Position numbers and translations under genes: made by a program | DNA from: an uncultured Thermoleophilia bacterium | Lineage (GTDB): Bacteria; Actinomycetota; Thermoleophilia; UBA2241 | Direction: 5' to 3' | NCBI GenBank assembly: GCA_963702475.1 | Contig: CAVPCT010000003.1 | Span: 1,056,001-1,120,000 of the forward strand | DNA length: 64,000 nucleotides | In this document: positions 10,272 through 23,151 of the stretch, one piece after another | Position numbering within the stretch: position 1 is the first letter of the stretch | Layout of the letters: every line of letters begins with the position of its first letter | Notes under the pieces: generated by a model | Databases searched by the model: none | What the model saw: the letters and a program-made list of their open reading frames with translations, nothing else | What the model was told of the DNA's origin: nothing

Positions 10272-11509
10272 CGTACCAACTCAGCAAGAAGGAGTTCTAC
10301 GCCGAGCCGCTCGCCAAGGCCACGGGTATCTCGGAGGAGTTCGTCAAGGAGGCCTACCTGGTGTTCGCGTGCAGGCACAAGTTCTGCCGCGACATCTGCC
10401 CGAACTTCGACCTCACGCGCCTGGAGGAGCACACCTCCTACGGCTTCCACACCGCGATCCTGGCCGTGAGCCGGGGCGTGGGCGACCTGGGCCAGCTGCT
10501 CGACGACTTCACCTACTGCCTCGAGTGCGGCGCCTGCGAGCTGCGCTGCCCCAACACGTCCATGGGCGGCGACTTCTACAGGCGCTCCACCACCACCGTC
10601 GACATGGTGCGCAAGGTGCGCCGCGACCTGGTCGCCGACGGCGGCGCCATCCAGGACTGGGCCGCGGTCAAGGAGTACCTGGACGAGCACCGCGGCTTCG
10701 TCGCGAGCCAGGGCGACCTGGTCACCAAGTGGGCCGAGGGCATCAAGCTCGCGGGAGACATGAAGACGGCCCTCTTCGTGGACTTCTTCACGGCCACGCA
10801 GGGCACGGAGGTGCCCAGACTGGCCGCGCAGATCCTCGCCAAGCTCGGCGTCAAGATCGGCGTGTACGCCACGCCCGGCGTCACCGCGCCCGAGCTGCTC
10901 AGCGAGGACGACGAGGAGTGGAAGAAGTACGCCGCCGAGAACGTGGAGAGCTTCAAGGCGCTGGGCGTCAAGACGCTCGTCGTCGCCAGCCCGCACGACT
11001 ACGCGCTGTTCGTCCGCGAGTATCCCAAGTGGTTCGAGATGGGCGACCTGGAGGTCGTCTTCGTGACCGACTTCATCCTGCGCAAGATGAAGGAGAAGGG
11101 CGTCACGCCGTCTGTCGCCGTGGAGGGTCGGTTCGCCTACCACGACCCGTGCACGCTCAACAAGCTCGTGGTCGAGGCCGACTCGCCGCGTGACCTCATC
11201 GCCATGGTGCCGGGCGCGGAGATCGTCGACGTGATGCCGGGCAACCAGTGGCGGTACTGCTGCGGCAACGGCAACGGGCCCTATCGCAAGCTGCACCCGG
11301 ACATCGCCTACCGCATCGGCCAGAAGCGCCTGCGCGCCGCGGCCGACCTGGGCGCCGACACCATCCTCGTCGCCTGCCCGCACTGCAAGGACCAGTTCAC
11401 CGACGTCAAGGCGAAGGCCGGTCTCCCCGTGGAGCCGGTGCACGTACTCGAGGTCGTCGCCAAGTCGATGGGTATCGACTGGACGACCACGTCGCCGACG
11501 GTCGGCTGA
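10268..11509 (+). CDS. Fe-S / CCG-domain subunit (GlcF/GlpC/HdrD-like)
   Basis: CLECGACELRCP ferredoxin motif; YHDPC, CCG and ACPHC in the C-terminal domain; ATGA overlap with the upstream gene. Confidence 0.9.
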   Translation: MTYQLSKKEFYAEPLAKATGISEEFVKEAYLVFACRHKFCRDICPNFDLTRLEEHTSYGFHTAILAVSRGVGDLGQLLDDFTYCLECGACELRCPNTSMGGDFYRRSTTTVDMVRKVRRDLVADGGAIQDWAAVKEYLDEHRGFVASQGDLVTKWAEGIKLAGDMKTALFVDFFTATQGTEVPRLAAQILAKLGVKIGVYATPGVTAPELLSEDDEEWKKYAAENVESFKALGVKTLVVASPHDYALFVREYPKWFEMGDLEVVFVTDFILRKMKEKGVTPSVAVEGRFAYHDPCTLNKLVVEADSPRDLIAMVPGAEIVDVMPGNQWRYCCGNGNGPYRKLHPDIAYRIGQKRLRAAADLGADTILVACPHCKDQFTDVKAKAGLPVEPVHVLEVVAKSMGIDWTTTSPTVG

Positions 11510-11532
11510 GGCCGAGGGAGAGGAGAGCCGGC

Positions 11533-11736
11533 ATGGCTGAAGAGGTCATCTACAAGAACGGCGAGCTCGAGATCCTGCCCACGCGCATGGAGAAGTACAT
11601 CCAGCAGCAGCAGATGGACGAGGGTGAGCGCGAGCGCATCGTGCGCGCCAGGAGCATCCACCTGGACTGGTACCACCGCCACTTCGCCTACGAGATCCTC
11701 CCTCCGCCCGAAGGCGAGTGGGAGCCCCGCGCCTGA
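11533..11736 (+). CDS. Small hypothetical protein, 67 aa (MAEEVIYKNGELEILPTRMEKY...)
   Basis: Strong SD GAGGAG, G/C-ending codon usage matching neighbouring genes, operonic position. Confidence 0.75.
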   Translation: MAEEVIYKNGELEILPTRMEKYIQQQQMDEGERERIVRARSIHLDWYHRHFAYEILPPPEGEWEPRA

Positions 11737-11887
11737 CGAAGGCGCGGGGTCGACACGGGCGCGGCCGGGCGTCTCGGCCCCCCGCCGAGCCCGGGTCCGG
11801 CCCGGCCACACTCGCGGCCGCCGCCGGCGGAGCCCTTCATCAGGGCTCCGCCGGCCGGGCCGCCGACCGCCACCATCGGAGATCCGC

Positions 11888-12649
11888 ATGAGAATCCTCG
11901 TCATCGCCAAGCACGTCGTGGACTCGACCGAGATCCGCTGGGACGACGCCCGCGGCGAGGTCCTGCTGCGCAACCTGCCGACCAAGATCAGCGACTACGA
12001 CCGCAACGCCATCGAGGCCGCCGTGGTCCTCAAGGAGACGGGTGACCTCGTCGACGTGGACGTCCTCATGGTGGGCGGTGAAGCGGCTGTCAAGACGCTC
12101 AAGGAGGCCGTGGCCATGGGCGCCGACAAGGGCTACCTGGTGGAAGGCGGCTGGGACGACCCGTTCGACCCCCTGCGCAGCGCCCGCGCGCTGGCCGGCA
12201 TCATCGGCGGACTGGAGGAGCCGGACGTCATCATGGGCGGCCTCGTCTCCGAGGACGGCTACAACGGCATCACCGGGCCGGCGCTCGCGCAGCTCCTCGA
12301 CTGGCCGTACGTGGCGCCGGTGCTGGAGCTCGAGGCCGGGGACGGCCAGGTGCAGGCCGTGCTGGACGCCGGCGACGTGCGTCGCACGGTCAAGGTACCG
12401 ACGCCGTGCGTGGTGGGCGTCGACTCGCAGATGAACGTGCCGCGTCTGCCGACGGTGCTGCAGGTCATGAAGGTCAAGAGCGACCGCATCGTCAAGGTCC
12501 CGCTGGGCGGCGCCGACGCCGCGGTGACCGCGGCGCTGGTGGGCGCGAAGTCCGGGGCCGTCGAGCGCAAGAAGGTCGTCCTCGACGGCCCGCCGCAGGA
12601 GAGCGCTGCGAAGCTCGTCGAGGCGCTGCGTCAGGAAGGGGTGCTCTGA
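11888..12649 (+). CDS. etfB: Electron transfer flavoprotein beta subunit
   Basis: MRILVIAKHVVD, DYDRNAIEAA, AVAMGAD, NVPRLPT. Confidence 0.92.
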   Translation: MRILVIAKHVVDSTEIRWDDARGEVLLRNLPTKISDYDRNAIEAAVVLKETGDLVDVDVLMVGGEAAVKTLKEAVAMGADKGYLVEGGWDDPFDPLRSARALAGIIGGLEEPDVIMGGLVSEDGYNGITGPALAQLLDWPYVAPVLELEAGDGQVQAVLDAGDVRRTVKVPTPCVVGVDSQMNVPRLPTVLQVMKVKSDRIVKVPLGGADAAVTAALVGAKSGAVERKKVVLDGPPQESAAKLVEALRQEGVL

Positions 12650-13608
12650 TGGCCGGCCGCTTCATCGTCAGCGCGGCCTCCGTGGCCGACCTGCGGCGCG
12701 TGGCCGCCGCGGCGCGCGAGCTGGCGGGCGCGGACGGCCGTGTCGAGGCCGTGGCGCTGCAGGACGCCGGCGGGCTTGCGCCCGCCGGGACCACGGCCGA
12801 GGAGGCCGCAGCCGCGCTCGCCGGCCTCGCCGACGCGCTCGTGGTGTACGACGGCGCCGGCGTCTGGCTCCGCGGAGACGTGTGGGCTTCGTGCCTGCTC
12901 GACGCCCTGGGCGACGGCGCCGACGGCGTGTTCGTCGCCGACACCCCTGCGGCGCGCGAGGCCGCGGGCCGTACGGCCGCCGCCCGCGGCTCGTCCTGCG
13001 CCAGCATGTGCGACGCCGTGAGCCGCGGCCCGGACGGCCTGGTCGCGACGCGGTCCATCTACGGCGGCGTCGCCGACGGCATCATCTCGCTGCCGGTCGC
13101 CCCGGCGGTGTGCCTCTTCGCGGCCGGGCAGTACGAGGGCGAGGCCTCGGGGGCGGCGCCGGCGATCGAGCGCCGTCAGGCGCCGGCGCCGGCGTATCAG
13201 GCCGAGTGCGTCGCCGAGGAGCCTGTCGTGAAGACCGTCGACCTGGCGGCGGCACAGGTGGTCGTGGCCGTGGGCCGCGGTTTCGTGAAGGCCGAGGACC
13301 TCGATCTCGTCAAGCCGCTCCTCGAGCGTCTCGGCGCGGAGCTGGGCTGCTCGCGGCCCATCGCCGAGGACTTCAGGTGGTTGCCGCAGGAGCGCCAGGT
13401 CGGCCTGACCGGGGTCTCCGTGAGCGCGGGGCTGTACATGGCTCTCGGCATCTCCGGGCAGGTGCAGCACCTGGCGGGCATCAAGGGCGCCAAGGTCGTC
13501 GTGTCCGTGAACAACGACGCGCGGGCGCCCATCACACGCAACGCCGACTACGTGGTGATCGGCGACCTCTACAAGGTGGTCCCCGAGCTCGTGAGCGCGC
13601 TGAGCTGA
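12649..13608 (+). CDS. etfA: Electron transfer flavoprotein alpha subunit
   Basis: VVAVGRG, GCSRP, QVGLTG, GISGQVQHLAG, VNND..API, GDLY. Confidence 0.93.
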   Translation: MAGRFIVSAASVADLRRVAAAARELAGADGRVEAVALQDAGGLAPAGTTAEEAAAALAGLADALVVYDGAGVWLRGDVWASCLLDALGDGADGVFVADTPAAREAAGRTAAARGSSCASMCDAVSRGPDGLVATRSIYGGVADGIISLPVAPAVCLFAAGQYEGEASGAAPAIERRQAPAPAYQAECVAEEPVVKTVDLAAAQVVVAVGRGFVKAEDLDLVKPLLERLGAELGCSRPIAEDFRWLPQERQVGLTGVSVSAGLYMALGISGQVQHLAGIKGAKVVVSVNNDARAPITRNADYVVIGDLYKVVPELVSALS

Positions 13609-13624
13609 GCGGGGAGGAGGCGCC

Positions 13625-15691
13625 GTGGGCATCGACTACGTCCGGGAGTACCTGCCGTTCCTGCCGCACACGGCCACGCTCGTCGCCATGTACACGTGCG
13701 TGGGCGTGGTGGCCGTGCTCTTCATCTGGGGCTTGGTGCGCCGCTACCGCCGCTACCGCGGCGCCGGCGGCGCCGGCCTCTGGACGGCTGTGAACGGCAA
13801 GGTGCTGCCGTGGGGCCCGCGGCTCTCACGGGCGCTCCGCGACGTGGCCCTGCAGGCCAAGGTCGCGGAGCGCCGCCTGCCGGCCGCGCTGCACCTGCCC
13901 ATCTTCTACGGCATGGTGCTGCTCTTCATCGGGACCGCGCTCGTGGCTTTCTACGAGGACGTCCTCGGCTGGTTCGGCGAGTTCTCCATCCAAGGCGCGT
14001 TCTACGTGGGGTTCGAGGCCGTGCTCGACGTGGCAGGCCTCGCTCTCGTCGTAGGTGTGGTGGTCGCCATGGTCCGGCGCTTCATCGTACGGCCGGACCA
14101 TCTGCTGCCGAAGCTCTCCACCACGCTCGTGCTCTGCGGCCTGCTGTTCATGGGCGTCACCGGGTTCCTGCTCGAGGGGTACCGCATCGCGGCGCAGCAG
14201 AACGAGTGGGCCTCGGCGGCGTTCGTCGGCACCGCAGTCTCCGGGCTGTTCCCCACGGCGGCCGACGGATCGGGCGTCACGGCCTACCAGGTCCTCTGGT
14301 GGGCTCACGCCGCCGCCGCCTTCAGCCTGATCGTCGGCCTCGCCTGGACCGGGTTCTCGCATGTGCTTGTGGTGCCCGGGGCGGTGGCCGCGGACGACCC
14401 CGCGCGGCCGCGCACGAAGCTCACGACCCCGTTCGACCTGATCGCCGCGATGGAGTCCGACGAAGACGTCGAGGCCGTCGCCGGCACGGCGACCACGGCG
14501 GTCATCGGCCCCGGCGAGAAGCTCGCCGCCGACGCCTGCGTAGCCTGCGGCCGCTGCCACCAGGAGTGCCCGGCGCGCGCGGCGGGGCGTCCGCTCTCGC
14601 CGCGCGACCTCATGCAGGACGTGCGGCGCGCGCTGGGCACCGACGTGGGCGGGACGGTGGCCGAGCGGCCGGCGGCCGACTTCGAGGACGCCGTCTGGTC
14701 CTGCACCAACTGCTACGCCTGCGAGCAGGCGTGCCCGGCGCGGATCCGTCATGTGGATTACGTCCTCGACTTCCGCCGCGCCCTCGTCGACGAGAACCGC
14801 CTGGACGAGCAGAAGTCCGGCGTCCTGCAGGCGCTCGACCGCAACTCGAACCCGTACCGGCTGCCCTCGCACGAGCGCGCCGCCTGGCTCATGGAGCTGC
14901 CGTACGCCGAGGAGATCACCTTCGGCGTCGCGGAGCCCGAGGAGCCGCCGGAGTACCTCTACTGGATCGGCTGCGGCGCCGCCTACGACCAGCGCTCGAG
15001 CGAAGTGGTGCGCGCGACCATGGACCTGCTCCGCGCCGCCGGCGTGAGCTTCGTCACGCTCGGACCGGCGGAGCCCTGCTGCGGCGAGCCGGCGAAGCGC
15101 CTGGGCGAAGAGGGGCGCTTCCAGATGCTCGCCATGATCGCCATCGAGATGATCAAGGAGACAGGCGCGCGCAGGATCGTCACGCACTGCCCGCACGGGC
15201 TGAACACCTTCTTGTACGAGTACCCGGCCCTGGGGTTCACGATCCCGGCCGTGCATCACGCCGAGCTGCTTGCCGAGCTCATGGCTGCCGGGCGGCTGGA
15301 CCTCGACCCCGGCGCGGCCGGCGCGGTCGCCTACCACGAGCCCTGCAACCTGGCCAGGGCCGGTCGCCCAACGGCCGCGGCCCTGTCGGTGCTCGGCGGG
15401 CAGCCCGTCCTGCCGCCGCGCTCCGGCCTGCGCACCTTCTGCTGCGGCGGCGGCGGCGCCAACGCCTTCTACCAGGTCGAGCAGGAGGAGACGCGCATCA
15501 GCGCCCTGCGGTACGAGGAGCTGGTCGCCACGGGCGCGGATCGGGTAGCCGTGGCGTGTCCGCACTGCCTGACGATGCTGCGCGACGCGGCCGGCGCCCG
15601 GGGGCCGGAGGCGCCGCAGGTGCTCGACGTCGCCGAGGCGCTGCGCGCGCGGCTCCGCGACGCCGGGCCCGCGGCCGGCGCCGGCGCCTGA
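13625..15691 (+). CDS. Membrane-bound Fe-S oxidoreductase (NarI-like TM region, 2x[4Fe-4S], 2xCCG); FadF/EMO-like ETF:quinone oxidoreductase
   Basis: N-terminal TM helices with His residues; CVACGRCHQECP and CTNCYACEQACP; WIGC/CCG and YHEPC/CCGGGG/ACPHC; directly after etfA. Confidence 0.88.
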   Translation: MGIDYVREYLPFLPHTATLVAMYTCVGVVAVLFIWGLVRRYRRYRGAGGAGLWTAVNGKVLPWGPRLSRALRDVALQAKVAERRLPAALHLPIFYGMVLLFIGTALVAFYEDVLGWFGEFSIQGAFYVGFEAVLDVAGLALVVGVVVAMVRRFIVRPDHLLPKLSTTLVLCGLLFMGVTGFLLEGYRIAAQQNEWASAAFVGTAVSGLFPTAADGSGVTAYQVLWWAHAAAAFSLIVGLAWTGFSHVLVVPGAVAADDPARPRTKLTTPFDLIAAMESDEDVEAVAGTATTAVIGPGEKLAADACVACGRCHQECPARAAGRPLSPRDLMQDVRRALGTDVGGTVAERPAADFEDAVWSCTNCYACEQACPARIRHVDYVLDFRRALVDENRLDEQKSGVLQALDRNSNPYRLPSHERAAWLMELPYAEEITFGVAEPEEPPEYLYWIGCGAAYDQRSSEVVRATMDLLRAAGVSFVTLGPAEPCCGEPAKRLGEEGRFQMLAMIAIEMIKETGARRIVTHCPHGLNTFLYEYPALGFTIPAVHHAELLAELMAAGRLDLDPGAAGAVAYHEPCNLARAGRPTAAALSVLGGQPVLPPRSGLRTFCCGGGGANAFYQVEQEETRISALRYEELVATGADRVAVACPHCLTMLRDAAGARGPEAPQVLDVAEALRARLRDAGPAAGAGA

Positions 15692-15854
15692 GCGGCGGTC
15701 GACGACGATGGGCCCGGCGGTGACCAGCCGCCGGCTGCGGCCTGCGGCGCCCGGCGGCACCCGGCCTGCCGTGGGCGCCCGCCCGTCCTGCCCCTCCGCT
15801 CCCGTCCGGGGTCGCCGAAAACACCCCGGTGCTGCATCCGGACCCCACTGCAGG

Positions 15855-15860
15855 TAGAAT
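15855..15860 (+). promoter_or_regulatory. Candidate -10 box of atp operon
   Basis: TAGAAT followed by an AT-rich leader, 70 nt upstream of the first atp gene. Confidence 0.45.
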
Positions 15861-15929
15861 CCGCGTGGTTGTTCTTTTTCGCACAATCTCGGTCTGGCGC
15901 ATTGCAGCCCGGGGCTTCGGCAGGATAAA

Positions 15930-16151
15930 GTGACGGACGCATCATCGAAGGGATCAGGTGGCGACGGCCCGAAGCGCCGGGCGACCTCGGCGGAGTCTGT
16001 CGCCTTTCTGCTGCTTGGCGGCGTCGTCACCGGTCTGGGCGTGGGTGCGGGCATCGACTGGCTGGTGCGCACCTTCCCCCTGTTCACGGTGATCGGTGTG
16101 TTCGCCGGGTTCGCCCTGGCGCTCTATGCGATCTACCTGGAGACGAAGTGA
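15930..16151 (+). CDS. AtpZ/AtpI-family small membrane protein
   Basis: Two TM helices, GxGIDWL..T.P.FTVIG pattern; first gene of the atp operon. Confidence 0.8.
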   Translation: MTDASSKGSGGDGPKRRATSAESVAFLLLGGVVTGLGVGAGIDWLVRTFPLFTVIGVFAGFALALYAIYLETK

Positions 16152-16167
16152 GTGAGCGAGAGGTGAC

Positions 16168-16547
16168 GTGTCCATGCGCGCCAAGGGCCTGATACCGCTC
16201 GTCCTGGCCGCGGTGACGGTGGCCGCCGTGGTGGTGGCCGCCGTGCTGTCGCAGCCCCTGTGGGCGGCCCTGCTCGGCGGCCTGCTGATGTTCGCCTATT
16301 GGGGCCTCGAGGTCCTCACCTGGCGGCGCGCCCGCACGCGCGACGACCTCGCTCTCGGCCTCGCCGTCGGCGGCATGGGCATCCGCCTCGCCGTGGTGCT
16401 GGGGGTCCTGGTCGTCGTAGGCGTCGTCGCACGGCCCGCATTCCCAGCGGCCGCCCTGTCGTTCATGGCCGGGTTCACGGCCTACCTGGGGCTGCGGCCG
16501 CTCACCTACTCACCCCCGTCCAAGTCACGTCCGCGCCCGGAGGCACG

Positions 16548-16551
<4 letters not shown>
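16168..16551 (+). CDS. ATP synthase protein I-like membrane protein
   Basis: Four hydrophobic helices, immediately before atpB. Confidence 0.7.
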
Positions 16552-17668
<1,117 letters not shown>

Positions 17669-17711
17669 TGACCCACGCCGTTCCCACGCTGTCGGAAGGA
17701 CGGGGGACACC

Positions 17712-18215
17712 ATGCTGAACACAGAGTGGGGTCTGATGGTATGGACCCTCATCACGTTCGCGATCGCGGTGTTCGTCCTCTGGAAGTTCGCCTTCGGCCC
17801 CATCCAGAAGCTCCTGGACGACCGCCGCAAGGCCGTGCAGGACAGCATGGACACCGCCGAACAGGCGCGCGCCGAAGCCCGGCGGCTGCTCGCGGAGTAC
17901 GAGGCTACGCTGGCCAAGGTGCGCCAGGAGTCGGAGGAGATCCTCGAGCGCGCCCGCTCCACGGGGGAGCACGCCAAGACCGAGCTCATGGCCGAGGCGC
18001 GGGCCCAGTCCGAGCGGCTGCTGGCACAGGCCCACGAGCAGATCGAGCGTGACACGCGCGCCGCGGTGCGCGACCTCAAGGGGCAGATCGCCGACCTTAC
18101 GGCGCTCGCCACCGAGAAGGTCATGGCCCGTGCCATCACCGCCGCCGACCAGCGTCGTCTCATCGACGAGGCGCTGGCCGAGCTCAACGTCGAGCAGCTT
18201 GGCAGGGAGAACTAG
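17712..18215 (+). CDS. atpF: ATP synthase Fo subunit b
   Basis: N-terminal TM helix, WKFAFGPI..LDDRR, long coiled coil. Confidence 0.95.
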   Translation: MLNTEWGLMVWTLITFAIAVFVLWKFAFGPIQKLLDDRRKAVQDSMDTAEQARAEARRLLAEYEATLAKVRQESEEILERARSTGEHAKTELMAEARAQSERLLAQAHEQIERDTRAAVRDLKGQIADLTALATEKVMARAITAADQRRLIDEALAELNVEQLGREN

Positions 18216-18217
18216 CG

Positions 18218-18775
18218 ATGGGTGAGGAGCAGGTCGCGGCGGTCTACGCCCGCGCCCTCTTCGACGCGGCCGGCCAGGCCGGCGCCGTCGAGCCGGTGCG
18301 CGAGGAGCTCGACGCCTTCGCCGATGCGCTCTCGGCGTCGGCGCAGCTGCGCGACGTGCTCTCCGACCCGCAGGTCGACACGGCCGCCAAGCGCCGCGTG
18401 CTCGCCGAGATCACGCGTGACGGGCAACCGCTCGTGCGCAACACGCTGCTCCTCCTCCTCGATCGCGGCCGTTTCGCCGTGACCGGGGAGCTGCGCGCGG
18501 CATACGATGCGCTGGCCGCCCGTGAGGCGGCGCGGGTCGAGGTGGAGGTGACGTCCGCCGTGACCCTCACGGAGGACGACCGCAAGAAGATCGCCGCGCG
18601 GGTCGCGGAGACCACGGGACGCACGGTCGACCTCACGGAGCGGGTCGACCCCGGCATCCTGGGCGGTCTCGTGCTGCGCGTCGGCGACGTGATCGTCGAC
18701 GGCAGTGTGAAAGCCCGCATACGCCAGCTGCGCCGCCGGCTGGCTACCGCTGAATTGAGAGGTGACGTGGAGTGA
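18218..18775 (+). CDS. atpH: ATP synthase F1 delta
   Basis: [26 protein letters not shown]. Confidence 0.95.
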   Translation: MGEEQVAAVYARALFDAAGQAGAVEPVREELDAFADALSASAQLRDVLSDPQVDTAAKRRVLAEITRDGQPLVRNTLLLLLDRGRFAVTGELRAAYDALAAREAARVEVEVTSAVTLTEDDRKKIAARVAETTGRTVDLTERVDPGILGGLVLRVGDVIVDGSVKARIRQLRRRLATAELRGDVE

Positions 18776-20332
18776 AGCTGCGCCCTGAAGAGATCGCCTC
18801 GGTCCTCAAAGCACAGATCGAGAACTACCAAGCCGAGGTCGAGGTCGACGAGGTCGGCACCGTCCTCGAAGTGGGCGACGGCATCGCCCGCATCTACGGC
18901 CTGCGCAACTGCCTGGCCATGGAGATGCTCGAGCTCCCACACGACGTCACCGGTCTCGCGCTCAACCTCGAGGAGGAGAACGTCGGCGCCGTGCTGCTGG
19001 GCGAGGACACCCTCATCAAGGAGGGTGACCTGGTCAAGCGCACCGGCAGGGTGCTGCAGGTCCCGGTCGGCGAGGCGCTCGTGGGTCGCGTGGTCGACCC
19101 TCTCGGCCGCCCGCTCGACGACAAGGGGCCCATCGAGACCACTGAGACCCGGCCGGTCGAGTTCAAGGCCCCGGGTGTCGTACAGCGTCAGGGGGTCAAG
19201 GAGCCGCTGCAGACCGGCATCAAGGCCATCGACTCCATGATCCCGATCGGCCGCGGCCAGCGCGAGCTCGATCATCGGTGACCGTCAGACCGGCAAGACG
19301 TCCATCATCGTCGACACCATCATCAACCAGAGGGGTCAGGACGAGATCTGCGTGTACGTCGCCATCGGTCAGAAGGCGTCCACCGTCATGCAGGTCGTGC
19401 AGAAGCTCGAAGAGTACGGCGCCATGGACTACACCATCGTCGTGGCCGCCACCGCGTCCGCCTCGGCTCCGCTCAAGTACCTGGCGCCGTACGCCGGCGC
19501 CGCTATGGGCGAGTACTTCCTCTACAGCGGCCGTCACGCGGTGTGCTTCTACGACGACCTCAGCAAGCAGGCCGACGCCTACCGCCAGATGTCGCTGCTG
19601 CTGCGCCGCCCGCCGGGCCGCGAAGCCTTTCCCGGCGACGTCTTCTACCTGCACTCGCGCCTGCTCGAGCGCGCCGTCAAGCTCAACGACGAGCTCGGCG
19701 GCGGGTCGCTCACAGCCATCCCCGTCATCGAGACGCAGGCCGGCGATGTATCGGCCTACATCCCGACCAATGTGATCTCCATCACCGACGGGCAGATCTT
19801 CCTGCAGAGCGACCTGTTCTACTCTGGCGTGCGTCCCGCCGTGAACATCGGCATCTCCGTCAGCCGTGTGGGCGGTAACGCCCAGATCAAGGCCATGAAG
19901 CAGGTCGCCGGCCGTCTGCGCATCGACCTTGCGCAGTTCCGCGAGCTGCAGGCGTTCGCCTCGTTCGGCTCCGACCTCGACGAGGCCACCAAGAGGACCC
20001 TCGCCCGCGGCGAGCGCATGATCGAGCTGCTCAACCAGGGCCGCTTCGACCCCATGCCGGTCGAGGAGCAGGTCGCGGTGATCTTCGCCGGCAGCAACGG
20101 CTACATCGACGACATCGAGGTGGAGCGCGTGAGCGCCTTCACCGAGGGCCTGCGTCAGTACCTCAAGGCCGAGTGCGCCGAGACGCTGGCGGCCATCCGC
20201 GACGAGAAGGTGGTGTCCGAGGCGAGCGACGCCAAGCTTCGCGAGGCCATCGAGGCGTTCCACAACTCGTTCGCGCCCGAGGCCGGCGCTCCGGGCATCC
20301 CTGCCGAAGACATCGAGGCGGTCGGGGCCTGA
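18772..20332 (+). CDS. atpA: ATP synthase F1 alpha; one extra base near 19270 splits the frame (probable sequencing error)
   Basis: [16 protein letters not shown], then [10 protein letters not shown] (Walker A) continues in the next frame; [23 protein letters not shown]. Confidence 0.96.
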
Positions 20333-22672
<2,340 letters not shown>

Positions 22673-22679
22673 GGCACCC

Positions 22680-23111
22680 GTGGGCGACCAGCATGCACTG
22701 CACGTCGAAGTCGTCACGCCGGACGGCGAGGTCTTCAGCCGGGATGTCGGCATGGTCGTGCTGCCGGGTGTGGAGGGAGAGCTCGGCGTCCTGCCGCGGC
22801 ACCAGCCGCTTGTGACGCTGCTGGGCGTGGGGGAGACCCGCATCCGCGACCTCGACGGCGAGTGGGAGTACATCGCCACGGGCATCGGCTACGCGCAGGT
22901 CCTGTTCGACAAGGTCCTGGTGGTGGTCGACCACGGCGAGCTCGCCGGCTCCATCGACCACATCCGGGCACAGGAGGCGCGGGACCGCGCCCAGGAACGG
23001 CTGCGGGACCGCAAGGACCCGGGCGCTCAGGCGGAGGTAGACTACTTCCGCGCCGAACAGGCGCTCAAACGCGCCGAGAACCGTATCAGCGTCGCGCAGC
23101 GCCGGCGCTGA
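22680..23111 (+). CDS. atpC: ATP synthase F1 epsilon
   Basis: VEVVTPDG, GELGVLPRH, C-terminal ALKRAENR helix. Confidence 0.94.
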   Translation: MGDQHALHVEVVTPDGEVFSRDVGMVVLPGVEGELGVLPRHQPLVTLLGVGETRIRDLDGEWEYIATGIGYAQVLFDKVLVVVDHGELAGSIDHIRAQEARDRAQERLRDRKDPGAQAEVDYFRAEQALKRAENRISVAQRRR

Positions 23112-23151
23112 CGACGGCCCTCGGTCGGTGGCTCGGACTGAGGACCTTCTG

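Noticed and set aside
8736-15691. Selenocysteine or stop-codon readthrough in the redox operon
   Set aside because: All TGA codons fall at natural protein ends and no Cys-motif position is occupied by TGA.
19265-19281. Programmed frameshifting or true pseudogenisation of atpA (also murA, ahcY, mtnA)
   Set aside because: No slippery sequence or stimulator, and no other decay in these genes; sequencing insertion is more parsimonious.
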